DNA of 64,000 nt from Deltaproteobacteria bacterium (GTDB taxonomy: Bacteria > Myxococcota > Kuafuiibacteriia > Kuafuiibacteriales > Kuafuiibacteriaceae): assembly GCA_040218735.1 (NCBI GenBank), contig JAVJQW010000046.1:320001-384000 (forward strand). Reading direction: 5' to 3'. A model generated the notes under the pieces. It was not told the DNA's origin, did not search any database, and worked only from the letters and a program-made list of their open reading frames with translations. Positions 56,402-64,000 of this stretch are shown here, piece after piece; position 1 is the first letter of the stretch; every line of letters starts with the position of its first letter. The position numbers and the translations under genes were made by a program.

Positions 56402-59357
56402 GGTTCGAGATCCTCTCGTCGAAGGCGCGCAGGTCCTCGCGCGCCCGGGGGCTGGCGTCGATCGACAACTCGGTGACGTCCAGCGGGAAGGCCTCCACGA
56501 TCTCTTCGAGCTCGTGGCGGTGCCGCTCGAGCTCCGCTCGGACGGCTTGGGTTGCCGCCACCAGCGCCACGCGATGGTGGCCCTGATGGTCGGGCGTAAT
56601 CGTCAAACGAACCGGCGCGCCCTGATCGACGGGGAGGTCGATCGCAAAGCGGCGGAAGCTCGACATCGTCTGGCGCCGCGCAAGCTCCCTTGCTTCGGCG
56701 AAGAGGCGGTGCGCGCGCGCGACTTGTTCGGAGGGACGCGCCGGATCTTGCCGGAGCTCCGTCGCCTCGCGCGCGAAGGTGGCTGCGAACGTCTCCTCGG
56801 TCGCGACCCCGGTCGGTGCCTCGGGCTGCGTGCGCGCTTCGTGCGGGTGCGTCGTCGGCCGGTCGTCGGAGCCCGGCTGGCCGGTATCGGCGCGGAGGGG
56901 CGACGCCGCGCGCTCCGGTTCGTCGATCGCGGAGCGCTCGGTCTCGGTGTCCTCGATCTCGACCTCGACGTCCTCCGCCGCGTCCGCAGCGATCTCGGGC
57001 GGGGCCTCCACCGTGACGGCCGGCGTGGAGACCGTCGCGCCGGGCGCGGGCGCGGGCGTGCTCTCGGCCGCACGGGCCGCCTCCGCGGCGGCGGCGTGGG
57101 TCTCGGCGTCCAGCGTCACGCGGTGCGCGTGGTCCACGAGCTCCGCGACGACGGTCGGGCGCGAGGGATCCGCTTGTGTTGGCGCTCCGGTGCTCGTTGC
57201 CTTCGGGGACGTGGGCGCGGCGCTCGCGTGCGTCGGCGCACCGACGTCCTTCGCTCCGCGGAGAGCATGGGCTTGGTGCGTGGTCTCGACGGGGTTGAGC
57301 TCGGCGACACTCGAGGTCGTCGGGTCCGCGGGCACCTCGTTCGCCGTCTTCGCAGACGCCGACGGGTGCGCGAGGGCCGAGGGCTCCACGGTCGCGGGCG
57401 ATGACTCGCGTCCGGGCGGTGGGCTGATCTCGGCGTCACCCGTGGTGCTCGGGCTCGAGGCGATCGTCGCCGCCTGCGGAGCGTCGGGTGCATCGACGCG
57501 CGAACGACCACGCTGAGGACGGGATTCCTCCGTAGGCGCCGTACGGATCGGAGCGTCGCGCGCTGTCGAAGCATCCGCGGTCGACTCGACTTCGGTCTGC
57601 GCCGAGGCACGGTCCGGGGACGGGGGCCTCGTGTCGATGGAGCGCGCGTCGTCCGCGTCGGCCAGGACTTCGCCGGTCGCGTCGGGCGAGAGCGACGGGA
57701 CGCTGCGCCCGTCTCGCGCCGCGTCGACTCGCCGAGCGGCGTCCTCGGCCGTCGTGTTTGCCTCGGCGGCCTCGTCCGTAGCGACGATGCGCGTGTCTTC
57801 GAGCGCGCGACCCGACGCGCCGTGGTCAGCCTGCGCCACGACCGCGGGGCGCTGCGAAGTCGCGGGCTGCTCGGTGACCGCCGCGCGGTCCTTCGCCGTT
57901 TCCGGCGGTTCGGCGCCCGGCGCGTAGCCCTTCGCGGTCGCGGTGCGCTCGGCGCCCTTCGCGGCCTGCTCGGTAGCCGGCGCGGGGCTCTTCGCGGTCT
58001 GCTCGGTTGCCGGCGCGGGGCTCTCCGCGGCCTGCTCGGCGCTCGGCGCGGGGCTCTTCGCGGCCTGCTCGGCGCCCGGCGCCGGGCTCTTCGCAGTCGC
58101 GGCCTGCTCGAAGACCGACGCGTGGCCCTTCGCAGTCGCGCGCTCGGCGACGGCCGCGTGACCCTTCGCAGTCGCGGGCTCTTCGGCGAACGCCTCCACC
58201 TCCGCCGGAGCACCGCGTTGCTCGGGCTCGGCGATCGCCGCAGGGCCGCTCGAGATTACGGGCTGCTCTTGCTCGGCGACCACCGCGGACGCTGCGTCGC
58301 GCTGCTCGCCATCGGCGAGGGTCGTGGAGCGCTCCGCAGACGCGTCGACGCGTCCCGCGATCTCGGGATGCTTCGAAGCGACGTCTCCATCGATCGTGCC
58401 GCCGCCCGCCGAGCGCTGCGCGGACGTATCGAACCCGGCCGGCGCGCTCTGCTTCGAAGCTTCGACCCGCTCGTTCGACGTGCCCCCCTCGGACGCGTCT
58501 CGCGAGGCCGCGAAGGCGTTCGTCCCCTCCGTCGGCGTGTCCTCCGCGGACGGCGAAGCGTCGGGCGCCGCCGCCGAGGCGGGCCGAGGTGCCTCGGCGC
58601 CTTCGACGTCGACCGCGGCTTCGCTGGTCTTTGGCCCGTCGAGCCGGGTCTCGGGGTTCGATTCGATCGCGGAGGTCGAGCTACGAGCGTCCGCCGCGGG
58701 GGATGCCGAAGCGGCGAGAGGGCGGTCGCCGGTCGCCGCGGCGGAGCTCGGCTCGGTCTCGATGTTGGGATCGCTGACGGGCGCAGTTTCGGCGTCCGCG
58801 GCCTCCGCGACTTCGGCCACGGCCGTGGTCTCGACCGGGCGCTCGTCGATCGTGCGCTGATACAGACGCGCCGCCCGGACGGTGATGCCTTCCTGGTGCA
58901 GGTAGTGCACGAGCTCCGTCGCGACATCGTCCGCGGTTCGTGCGTGCGCCGAAGGCGAGGTGCGAAGATCGAGCGGCTCGTCCCCCTCGGGCATCGGCAC
59001 CGACGTGATGCTCGGACGCCCCGGGGCCTCCACGATGGGTTGCTCACTCACGACGTCGTCTTCATCGACGTCGAGCGTGCTGGTCGAGTCGGGGAGCTTG
59101 GGTGCGTCCGGACCGGAGGAGGCGAGCGCCGCGTCGGTCGACTCCGTGGGAGGCGCCGCATCGAGCTCCGCGTTGAAATCCGCGTTCTCTTCGGCGTCGA
59201 TGATCTGATCCGGCTCGACGCTCACCGCGTCGGTCGGCTCGGGCTCCGCGAGGGCTCGTGCGAAGGCGGCGGCCGTCTCGGACCCGAAGTCACTCGGGCG
59301 CGGCGACGCGTTCTTCGTTTCCGTCTTCGTCCCTTCGGGTGTCGGCGTTATGTTCAC
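56373..59357 (-). CDS. fliK: Very long low-complexity flagellar hook-length control protein (FliK-like, 994 aa)
   Basis: Position immediately upstream of flgD; Ala/Pro/Thr/Glu-rich; C-terminal T3S4-like segment (VRLTITP...RVALVAATQAVRAELERHRHELEE). Confidence 0.65.
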   Translation of the reverse strand: MNITPTPEGTKTETKNASPRPSDFGSETAAAFARALAEPEPTDAVSVEPDQIIDAEENADFNAELDAAPPTESTDAALASSGPDAPKLPDSTSTLDVDEDDVVSEQPIVEAPGRPSITSVPMPEGDEPLDLRTSPSAHARTADDVATELVHYLHQEGITVRAARLYQRTIDERPVETTAVAEVAEAADAETAPVSDPNIETEPSSAAATGDRPLAASASPAADARSSTSAIESNPETRLDGPKTSEAAVDVEGAEAPRPASAAAPDASPSAEDTPTEGTNAFAASRDASEGGTSNERVEASKQSAPAGFDTSAQRSAGGGTIDGDVASKHPEIAGRVDASAERSTTLADGEQRDAASAVVAEQEQPVISSGPAAIAEPEQRGAPAEVEAFAEEPATAKGHAAVAERATAKGHASVFEQAATAKSPAPGAEQAAKSPAPSAEQAAESPAPATEQTAKSPAPATEQAAKGAERTATAKGYAPGAEPPETAKDRAAVTEQPATSQRPAVVAQADHGASGRALEDTRIVATDEAAEANTTAEDAARRVDAARDGRSVPSLSPDATGEVLADADDARSIDTRPPSPDRASAQTEVESTADASTARDAPIRTAPTEESRPQRGRSRVDAPDAPQAATIASSPSTTGDAEISPPPGRESSPATVEPSALAHPSASAKTANEVPADPTTSSVAELNPVETTHQAHALRGAKDVGAPTHASAAPTSPKATSTGAPTQADPSRPTVVAELVDHAHRVTLDAETHAAAAEAARAAESTPAPAPGATVSTPAVTVEAPPEIAADAAEDVEVEIEDTETERSAIDEPERAASPLRADTGQPGSDDRPTTHPHEARTQPEAPTGVATEETFAATFAREATELRQDPARPSEQVARAHRLFAEARELARRQTMSSFRRFAIDLPVDQGAPVRLTITPDHQGHHRVALVAATQAVRAELERHRHELEEIVEAFPLDVTELSIDASPRAREDLRAFDERISNHGNQRPERR
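57961..58185. repeat. Tandem 33-bp (x4) and 39-bp imperfect coding repeats within fliK
   Basis: Unit GCGGCCTGCTCGG..GCGCGGGGCTCTTC at 57961, 57994, 58027 and 58060; peptide EQAAKSPAPxA. Confidence 0.85.
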
Positions 59358-59847
59358 GCTTCAAATAGATTCGGCTGAGCTTCGCCGCCTTTGAGGGTGG
59401 GAGTAGAGAAAGTATGAGCGCGGCCTTTCGAGGCTGAAGACCCTCGAGGATCGACACCGCGGTCCCCTCCGGGAGGTTCTGCAGGTACGCCGACGACTTC
59501 TCCGCGGACATCTTCGAAGTGATCTCCACCAGCCGCGCGAGCCGCGCCGAGAACAGCACTTCCTTCGCCGCGAGGATTGCCTTCTCAACCGCCTGACGCT
59601 CCTCGATCGCGCGCTCCAGCTTCGTCAGCTTGGACTCGATCTCCGCCTCGGCGCGCTTGATGTCTTCGCGCGTCGCCTCGAGCTCCGCGCGTTCCCGCGC
59701 GAGCTGCTCGCGTTCGCGTTGGATGGCTTCCAGGATCGCTTTGCTGTCCGCGGTCGTGTCGACGGTGCTCTCACGCGGCTTCGGGTCGCTGTCCGGCGCA
59801 GGGTTCGCGGAGAGGAACAGCGCGAGCAACAGTTGGGTCGAAGTCAT
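59290..59847 (-). CDS. MotE/FlbB (MgtE N-terminal-like) flagellar protein
   Basis: Signal peptide, coiled coil, then MSAEKSSAYL...ILEGLQPRKAALILSLLPP.KAA; located between fliI and fliK. Confidence 0.7.
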   Translation of the reverse strand: MTSTQLLLALFLSANPAPDSDPKPRESTVDTTADSKAILEAIQREREQLARERAELEATREDIKRAEAEIESKLTKLERAIEERQAVEKAILAAKEVLFSARLARLVEITSKMSAEKSSAYLQNLPEGTAVSILEGLQPRKAALILSLLPPSKAAKLSRIYLKREHNADTRRDEDGNEERVAAPE

Positions 59848-61160
59848 TTGTCACCTCCCAGGACCGCGCCGAGCGCGCCGAGTGTCTTGCTCATCGTCCG
59901 GTGTTCGTTGCGGCCCTGCTGAAAGACCTCCTGCACCTGCGGGAACAGACGCACGGTGCGGTCGACGATCGGATCCGATCCAGTTTGATACGCACCAACT
60001 TGGATCAGCTCGCGCACCTCTTCGTAGTGCGACATCACGGCGCGCGCCTGCGTCGCGAGCATCGCGTGGTGCGGCTCGATGATCTCCGAAGCGACTCGCG
60101 ACAGGGAACCGGGCACATCGACCGCGGGGTAGCGCCCCGCCTCGGCGATCTTGCGTGACAGCACCAGGTGCCCGTCGAGGATCGACCGGGCGGCGTCCGC
60201 GATCGGCTCCGTCATGTCGTCGCCATCGACGAGGACTGTATAAAACGCGGTCATCGTGCCGGGCCCCTCGGCGTTGCCGGCGCGTTCGAGGATCTTCGGC
60301 AACGTCGAGAACACCGACGGTGGGTAGCCACGCGTCGTCGGTGGCTCGCCTGCGGACAGCCCGATCTCGCGGAGCGCGTGTGCGAGCCGAGTGAGAGAGT
60401 CCATCGCGAGCATGACGTGGCGCCCGTGGTCGCGGAAGTATTCGGCGAGCGCCGTCGCGAGCAGCGCAGCACGGACGCGCAAGATCGGAGCGGCGTCACC
60501 CGTCGCGACGATCAGCACCGTCTTCGCGCGACCTTCTTCTCCGAGCTCACGCTCGATGAACTCACGAACCTCACGGCCACGCTCACCGATGAGCGCGATG
60601 ACATTGACGTCCGCGGTACCGAACCGCGCGATCATCCCGAGGAGCGTGCTCTTCCCGACGCCGGGGCCCGCGAAGACGCCCATACGCTGGCCGCGTCCTA
60701 CGGTGTTGGGGCCGTCGATGACGGAGACTCCGGTCTCGAGCGGCGTGTCGATCGTCTGCCGCGTGAGCGGGTTCGGCGGAGAGCGGTACAGCGGGACGAG
60801 GTGTTTGCCGTGCACCGGCGGACCGCCGTCCATCGGCGCGCCGAGCGGATCGATCGACCGCCCGAGGAACTCTTCGGAGACGAGCTGCTGATCCGAAGTG
60901 CCCTCCGGCACTACGAGATCGCCGGGGCCGATGCCCCGCGCCTCACCGAACGGAGCGAGGATCGTGTCGACGTCCGAGAACCCGATGACCTCCGCGAGGA
61001 GGTTTCGTCGGCCATCACGGCCTTCGATGCGGTAGATGGCGCCGGTCTGTGCGCGCGGCAAGGTAGCTTGCAACGTGCTCCCGCTGACACGTGTGATGCG
61101 CCCACCGGCGAGGAGGTGATCCTCCGACAGGGCGCGCTCGACGGCCGACCAGTTCAACAC
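59844..61160 (-). CDS. fliI: Flagellar export ATPase
   Basis: GRGQRMG; GPGVGKST; LIGERGRE; MDSLTR; GEPPTTRGYPPS; LDGH; YQTGSD. Confidence 0.96.
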   Translation of the reverse strand: MLNWSAVERALSEDHLLAGGRITRVSGSTLQATLPRAQTGAIYRIEGRDGRRNLLAEVIGFSDVDTILAPFGEARGIGPGDLVVPEGTSDQQLVSEEFLGRSIDPLGAPMDGGPPVHGKHLVPLYRSPPNPLTRQTIDTPLETGVSVIDGPNTVGRGQRMGVFAGPGVGKSTLLGMIARFGTADVNVIALIGERGREVREFIERELGEEGRAKTVLIVATGDAAPILRVRAALLATALAEYFRDHGRHVMLAMDSLTRLAHALREIGLSAGEPPTTRGYPPSVFSTLPKILERAGNAEGPGTMTAFYTVLVDGDDMTEPIADAARSILDGHLVLSRKIAEAGRYPAVDVPGSLSRVASEIIEPHHAMLATQARAVMSHYEEVRELIQVGAYQTGSDPIVDRTVRLFPQVQEVFQQGRNEHRTMSKTLGALGAVLGGDK

Positions 61161-61164
61161 GTCG

Positions 61165-61896
61165 TCACCCTCCCGCGACCGTCGTCTCGTCGGCCGGCAT
61201 CCCGAGCTCGCGTCGTAGCGCCTGTTCGATTCGTCCGATGCCGGTGTCGACCCGTGCGTCCAGCGCGACCACGCCACTCGTGAGCATCAGATCGCCCGGC
61301 GCGAGCGAAGCGTCTTCCGTGACTTCGATGCCGGGGACGCCGAGGCTCGAGACCAGCTCTTCGAGCTGCATCTTCAGCCCGATCGCCGTCGCGGCGTCAC
61401 ACGCGATCTTCAGCGGTGCGTCGGTGCCGATGTGCTCGACGGCGTGAGAGACGGCCGCGACGATCGCGTCCGGGTTCGAGGTGAGCGCCTCGCGCGTGAG
61501 CGTCTCGCCGATGCGCAACGCGAGCCGAACGCAGTCCTCCTGCGCCGACTTCTCGGTCGTCGCGAGTGCACGCCGCAGATGCTCGATCGCACCTTCGAAA
61601 CGTTCGAACATCTGCTCCGCGGCGCTCGCCGCGGCGGCCTGTCCCGCTGCGAAGCCTTCTTCGTAGGCCTGCGAACGCGCCCGCTCGACGTCGACGTCGT
61701 TCTTCGGCGCGGGCGGGGGCGTCGGGACCTCGACGGCTTCGCGAGATCGCGGCGCGCCGACCGGACGACCGCGGCGGGACTCCCGGAACGTCGCCACCTC
61801 GATCGTGACGGGCTCGGCGACGCGAACGAGCGTCACCAAGTCACGGCCGATGGCGCCGCTGCTCAGCAGTCGCTTCTGGTGCGGATCGGAGGACAC
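61165..61896 (-). CDS. fliH: Flagellar assembly protein FliH
   Basis: AYEEGFAAG repeat; DASLAPGD...DARV; located between fliG and fliI. Confidence 0.85.
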   Translation of the reverse strand: MSSDPHQKRLLSSGAIGRDLVTLVRVAEPVTIEVATFRESRRGRPVGAPRSREAVEVPTPPPAPKNDVDVERARSQAYEEGFAAGQAAAASAAEQMFERFEGAIEHLRRALATTEKSAQEDCVRLALRIGETLTREALTSNPDAIVAAVSHAVEHIGTDAPLKIACDAATAIGLKMQLEELVSSLGVPGIEVTEDASLAPGDLMLTSGVVALDARVDTGIGRIEQALRRELGMPADETTVAGG

Positions 61897-61906
61897 TTTC
61901 GCTCTC

Positions 61907-62896
61907 CTACACGAGCTCGTCGTTGCTCGACTTGTTCACGTCGATGGCGCCGTTCTGCGCGAGGTTGAGGGCCACGCGGACGACTTCGCTCTGCGCCTTC
62001 TCCACTTCGCTCAGCCGAACGAGGCCGCGGTTCTCCATGTCGTCCGCGATCATCTCGGCGGCGCGCGCGGAGAGGTTGCTGAAGAAGTGATCCTTGAGCT
62101 CGTCGCCGGCGGCCTTCAGGGCCATGACCAACGTGTCGCGCTCGACCTCCTTGAGGAGCGTCTGAATACCGCCTCCATCGACGTAGATGAGATCGTCGAA
62201 CACGAACATCAGCGAGCGGACCTCTTCGGCGAGCTCTTCGTCCGCCTCCTGCACCTCGTTCATCAGCGATTGCTCCACCGACTTGTCGAGGTTGTTCATG
62301 ATGTCCGCGACGAGGTGGATGCCGCCCACCTTCTGCGTGAGCCCCTTGCCCATGCGTGCGATCTCCGAGACCAGGGCCTGCTCGAGGAGATCGACCACCT
62401 CCGGCGAGACCTGATCGATCTTCGCGAGCCGACGGATGACATCCGGCTGCAGCTGGTCCGGCAACATCGCCAGGACCTCGGCGCCGCGCTCCGGCGGGAG
62501 GTGCGCGAGGATGAGCGACACCGTCTGCGGGTGCTCCTTCTTCACGAGCGAGGAGATCGTCCGCGCGTCGAGCTCGGCGAGCGTGTCGTTCAACCCGGTC
62601 GTCGCGTCGCCGAGGTACTCGCGCGCACGCTGCGAACCCAGGTTCTGCGTCGCGAGCTGCGCGATGAACGCCGAGCCCGACTTGAGCTCGGGGCTGATCG
62701 CCTGCATCTCCGCGACGAAGCTCTCGAGGCACGCTTCGACCTGATCCGCGGTGAAGCTGGCGACCTTCCGGGTCGCGTGGTGCAGGAGCTTGATCTCGCG
62801 ACGCGTGAGGTTCTGGAAAACGTCGTTCGCGAGCTCCTCACCGAGGTGGATGAAGACCACCGCCGCCTTTTCGACGCCCGTGTATTCGGTCGTCAT
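61907..62896 (-). CDS. fliG: Flagellar motor switch protein FliG
   Basis: EKAA; EHPQT; GGI; MFVFDDL; ALK; NLSARAA; VRLSEVEKAQ. Confidence 0.96.
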   Translation of the reverse strand: MTTEYTGVEKAAVVFIHLGEELANDVFQNLTRREIKLLHHATRKVASFTADQVEACLESFVAEMQAISPELKSGSAFIAQLATQNLGSQRAREYLGDATTGLNDTLAELDARTISSLVKKEHPQTVSLILAHLPPERGAEVLAMLPDQLQPDVIRRLAKIDQVSPEVVDLLEQALVSEIARMGKGLTQKVGGIHLVADIMNNLDKSVEQSLMNEVQEADEELAEEVRSLMFVFDDLIYVDGGGIQTLLKEVERDTLVMALKAAGDELKDHFFSNLSARAAEMIADDMENRGLVRLSEVEKAQSEVVRVALNLAQNGAIDVNKSSNDELV

Positions 62897-64000
62897 AGCG
62901 GCCTCACCGACAGCCATTCCTTCATGACCTGCGTCGTCGCGTTGAGGTTGGCGCTCGCCATGCGTTTCACTTCTTCCTTGATCGGCACCTGCCCCATCGT
63001 TTCATTAGACATTTCTTCGGCGGCCTTCCGCTCCGCCTCGATTCGAGCCTGCTCTTCCTCCTCCTCGCGGAGTCGGTGCTCTTCGGCGCGCAGCTTGCGG
63101 GCCTTCTCCGTCCGGAACATCGCGAACGCGACGAGGACGAAGCCGAAGAGCATGACTCCGGAGAAGGGGATCCAAGGGGGGATGGTCTCGAAGCCGAGCA
63201 CACCCGTCTCGGCCGCTTGGAACTCTTCCGGCTCGAAGGTCGGACGGTTGAACGGCGCGTAGAGCACTTCGACCTGGTCCCCGCGCACGGGATCGAAACC
63301 CACCGCCTTCTTGACGATCTCCGCGAGCGCTCGCTGACTGGGGATGGGCGCTGCGCGCCGTGTCTTGATCTCGACGTCGACCGGCTGCTCCTTCGTCTCG
63401 CCTTCGCCCTCGGCGGGCGGTTCGTCCGCAGGCGGCTCCATCACGGTGGAGTCGATGACGACGGCGACCGAGAGCCGTTCGAGCGAACCCATGGGACGCG
63501 TCGACTCCGTGATCTTCTTCGGCACGGCGTAGTCGGTCTCCGTCACGCTGTTCTCGTTGTTGGTGCTGGACGACGGACCGTCGTTTCCACCGGCCGGACG
63601 CTGCGGGCCGTTGCCGCCGACGCCCGCCGCACGCGCCGGGCCGCGATCCTGTGAGCTCGCCGTGTCCTTACTCGTACGCTCGCGACGAACGACGGCGTTG
63701 TCCGGGTCGTACTCCTCGGAGCGCTGCTCGACGCGGCTCATGTCCATGCGCGCCGAGACTCGCGCGACGACGCGGCCCTGACCGACGATGGGCTCGAGGA
63801 GCTGAATGATGCGCTCTTCGTACTGCGACTCCTGCTCCTGCCGGAGCGCGAGCGAACGGGAGGCGAGGGCGGTGGCGGGATCCCCGCTCGACACCCCGAC
63901 GCGACGTCCGAGGTGGTCGGTCACCGAGACCTTGTCGGGGTGAAGGCCCTCGACCGCGTGCGCGACCGTATCTTGAATGGAGACCGCGAGCTCCTTCGTG
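62893..64000 (-). CDS. fliF: Flagellar M-ring protein FliF (5'-truncated by window end)
   Basis: AVEGL; VSVTD..G; LEPIVG; RLSVAVVID; AVGFDPVRGD; TM; C-terminal MKEWL; ATGA overlap with fliG. Confidence 0.93.
   Translation of the reverse strand, partial: TKELAVSIQDTVAHAVEGLHPDKVSVTDHLGRRVGVSSGDPATALASRSLALRQEQESQYEERIIQLLEPIVGQGRVVARVSARMDMSRVEQRSEEYDPDNAVVRRERTSKDTASSQDRGPARAAGVGGNGPQRPAGGNDGPSSSTNNENSVTETDYAVPKKITESTRPMGSLERLSVAVVIDSTVMEPPADEPPAEGEGETKEQPVDVEIKTRRAAPIPSQRALAEIVKKAVGFDPVRGDQVEVLYAPFNRPTFEPEEFQAAETGVLGFETIPPWIPFSGVMLFGFVLVAFAMFRTEKARKLRAEEHRLREEEEEQARIEAERKAAEEMSNETMGQVPIKEEVKRMASANLNATTQVMKEWLSVRPL

Noticed and set aside
57961-58185. 33-bp repeats as a CRISPR array or mobile element
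   Set aside because: Contiguous, multiple-of-three coding repeats inside the fliK-like ORF.

Overview
High-GC bacterial DNA. Gene content suggests a Myxococcota-like deltaproteobacterium (inference): FHA-sigma54 activator, DUF4388 protein, CarH/CarA regulator, RedB-like protein. About 54 CDS; I saw no tRNA, rRNA, CRISPR array or IS element. Main blocks: (1) 940-9824, minus strand: a tightly coupled four-gene lipid/polyketide operon encoding an ACP fused to a FabL-like SDR, a 1927-aa iterative synthase with the non-canonical order hot-dog TE-AT-KS-CLF-like-KR-DH, and two membrane desaturase-family enzymes. This is the best candidate for an undescribed system. (2) 10-38 kb: housekeeping, signalling and catabolic genes (serA-like, MFS, saccharopine dehydrogenase, rhomboid, LptE-like, SPFH, CheA-like kinase with RedB-like partner, acyl-CoA catabolic operon, ffh, ddl, prc). 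(3) 39.4-50.1 kb: carotenoid glycoside cluster with a B12-dependent CarH-type regulator and a visible operator candidate. (4) A bufferin-like MNIO RiPP system whose precursor and DUF692 (52.8-54.2 kb) lie 13.5 kb from the DUF2063 partner (38.4-39.4 kb). (5) 54.4-64 kb: flagellar cluster fliF-G-H-I-motE-like-fliK-flgD-flgE, with no fliJ and a very long repeat-containing FliK. Product calls come from motif recognition by eye; no database searches were run. Start codons were often reassigned from the ORF track using stop/start overlaps.
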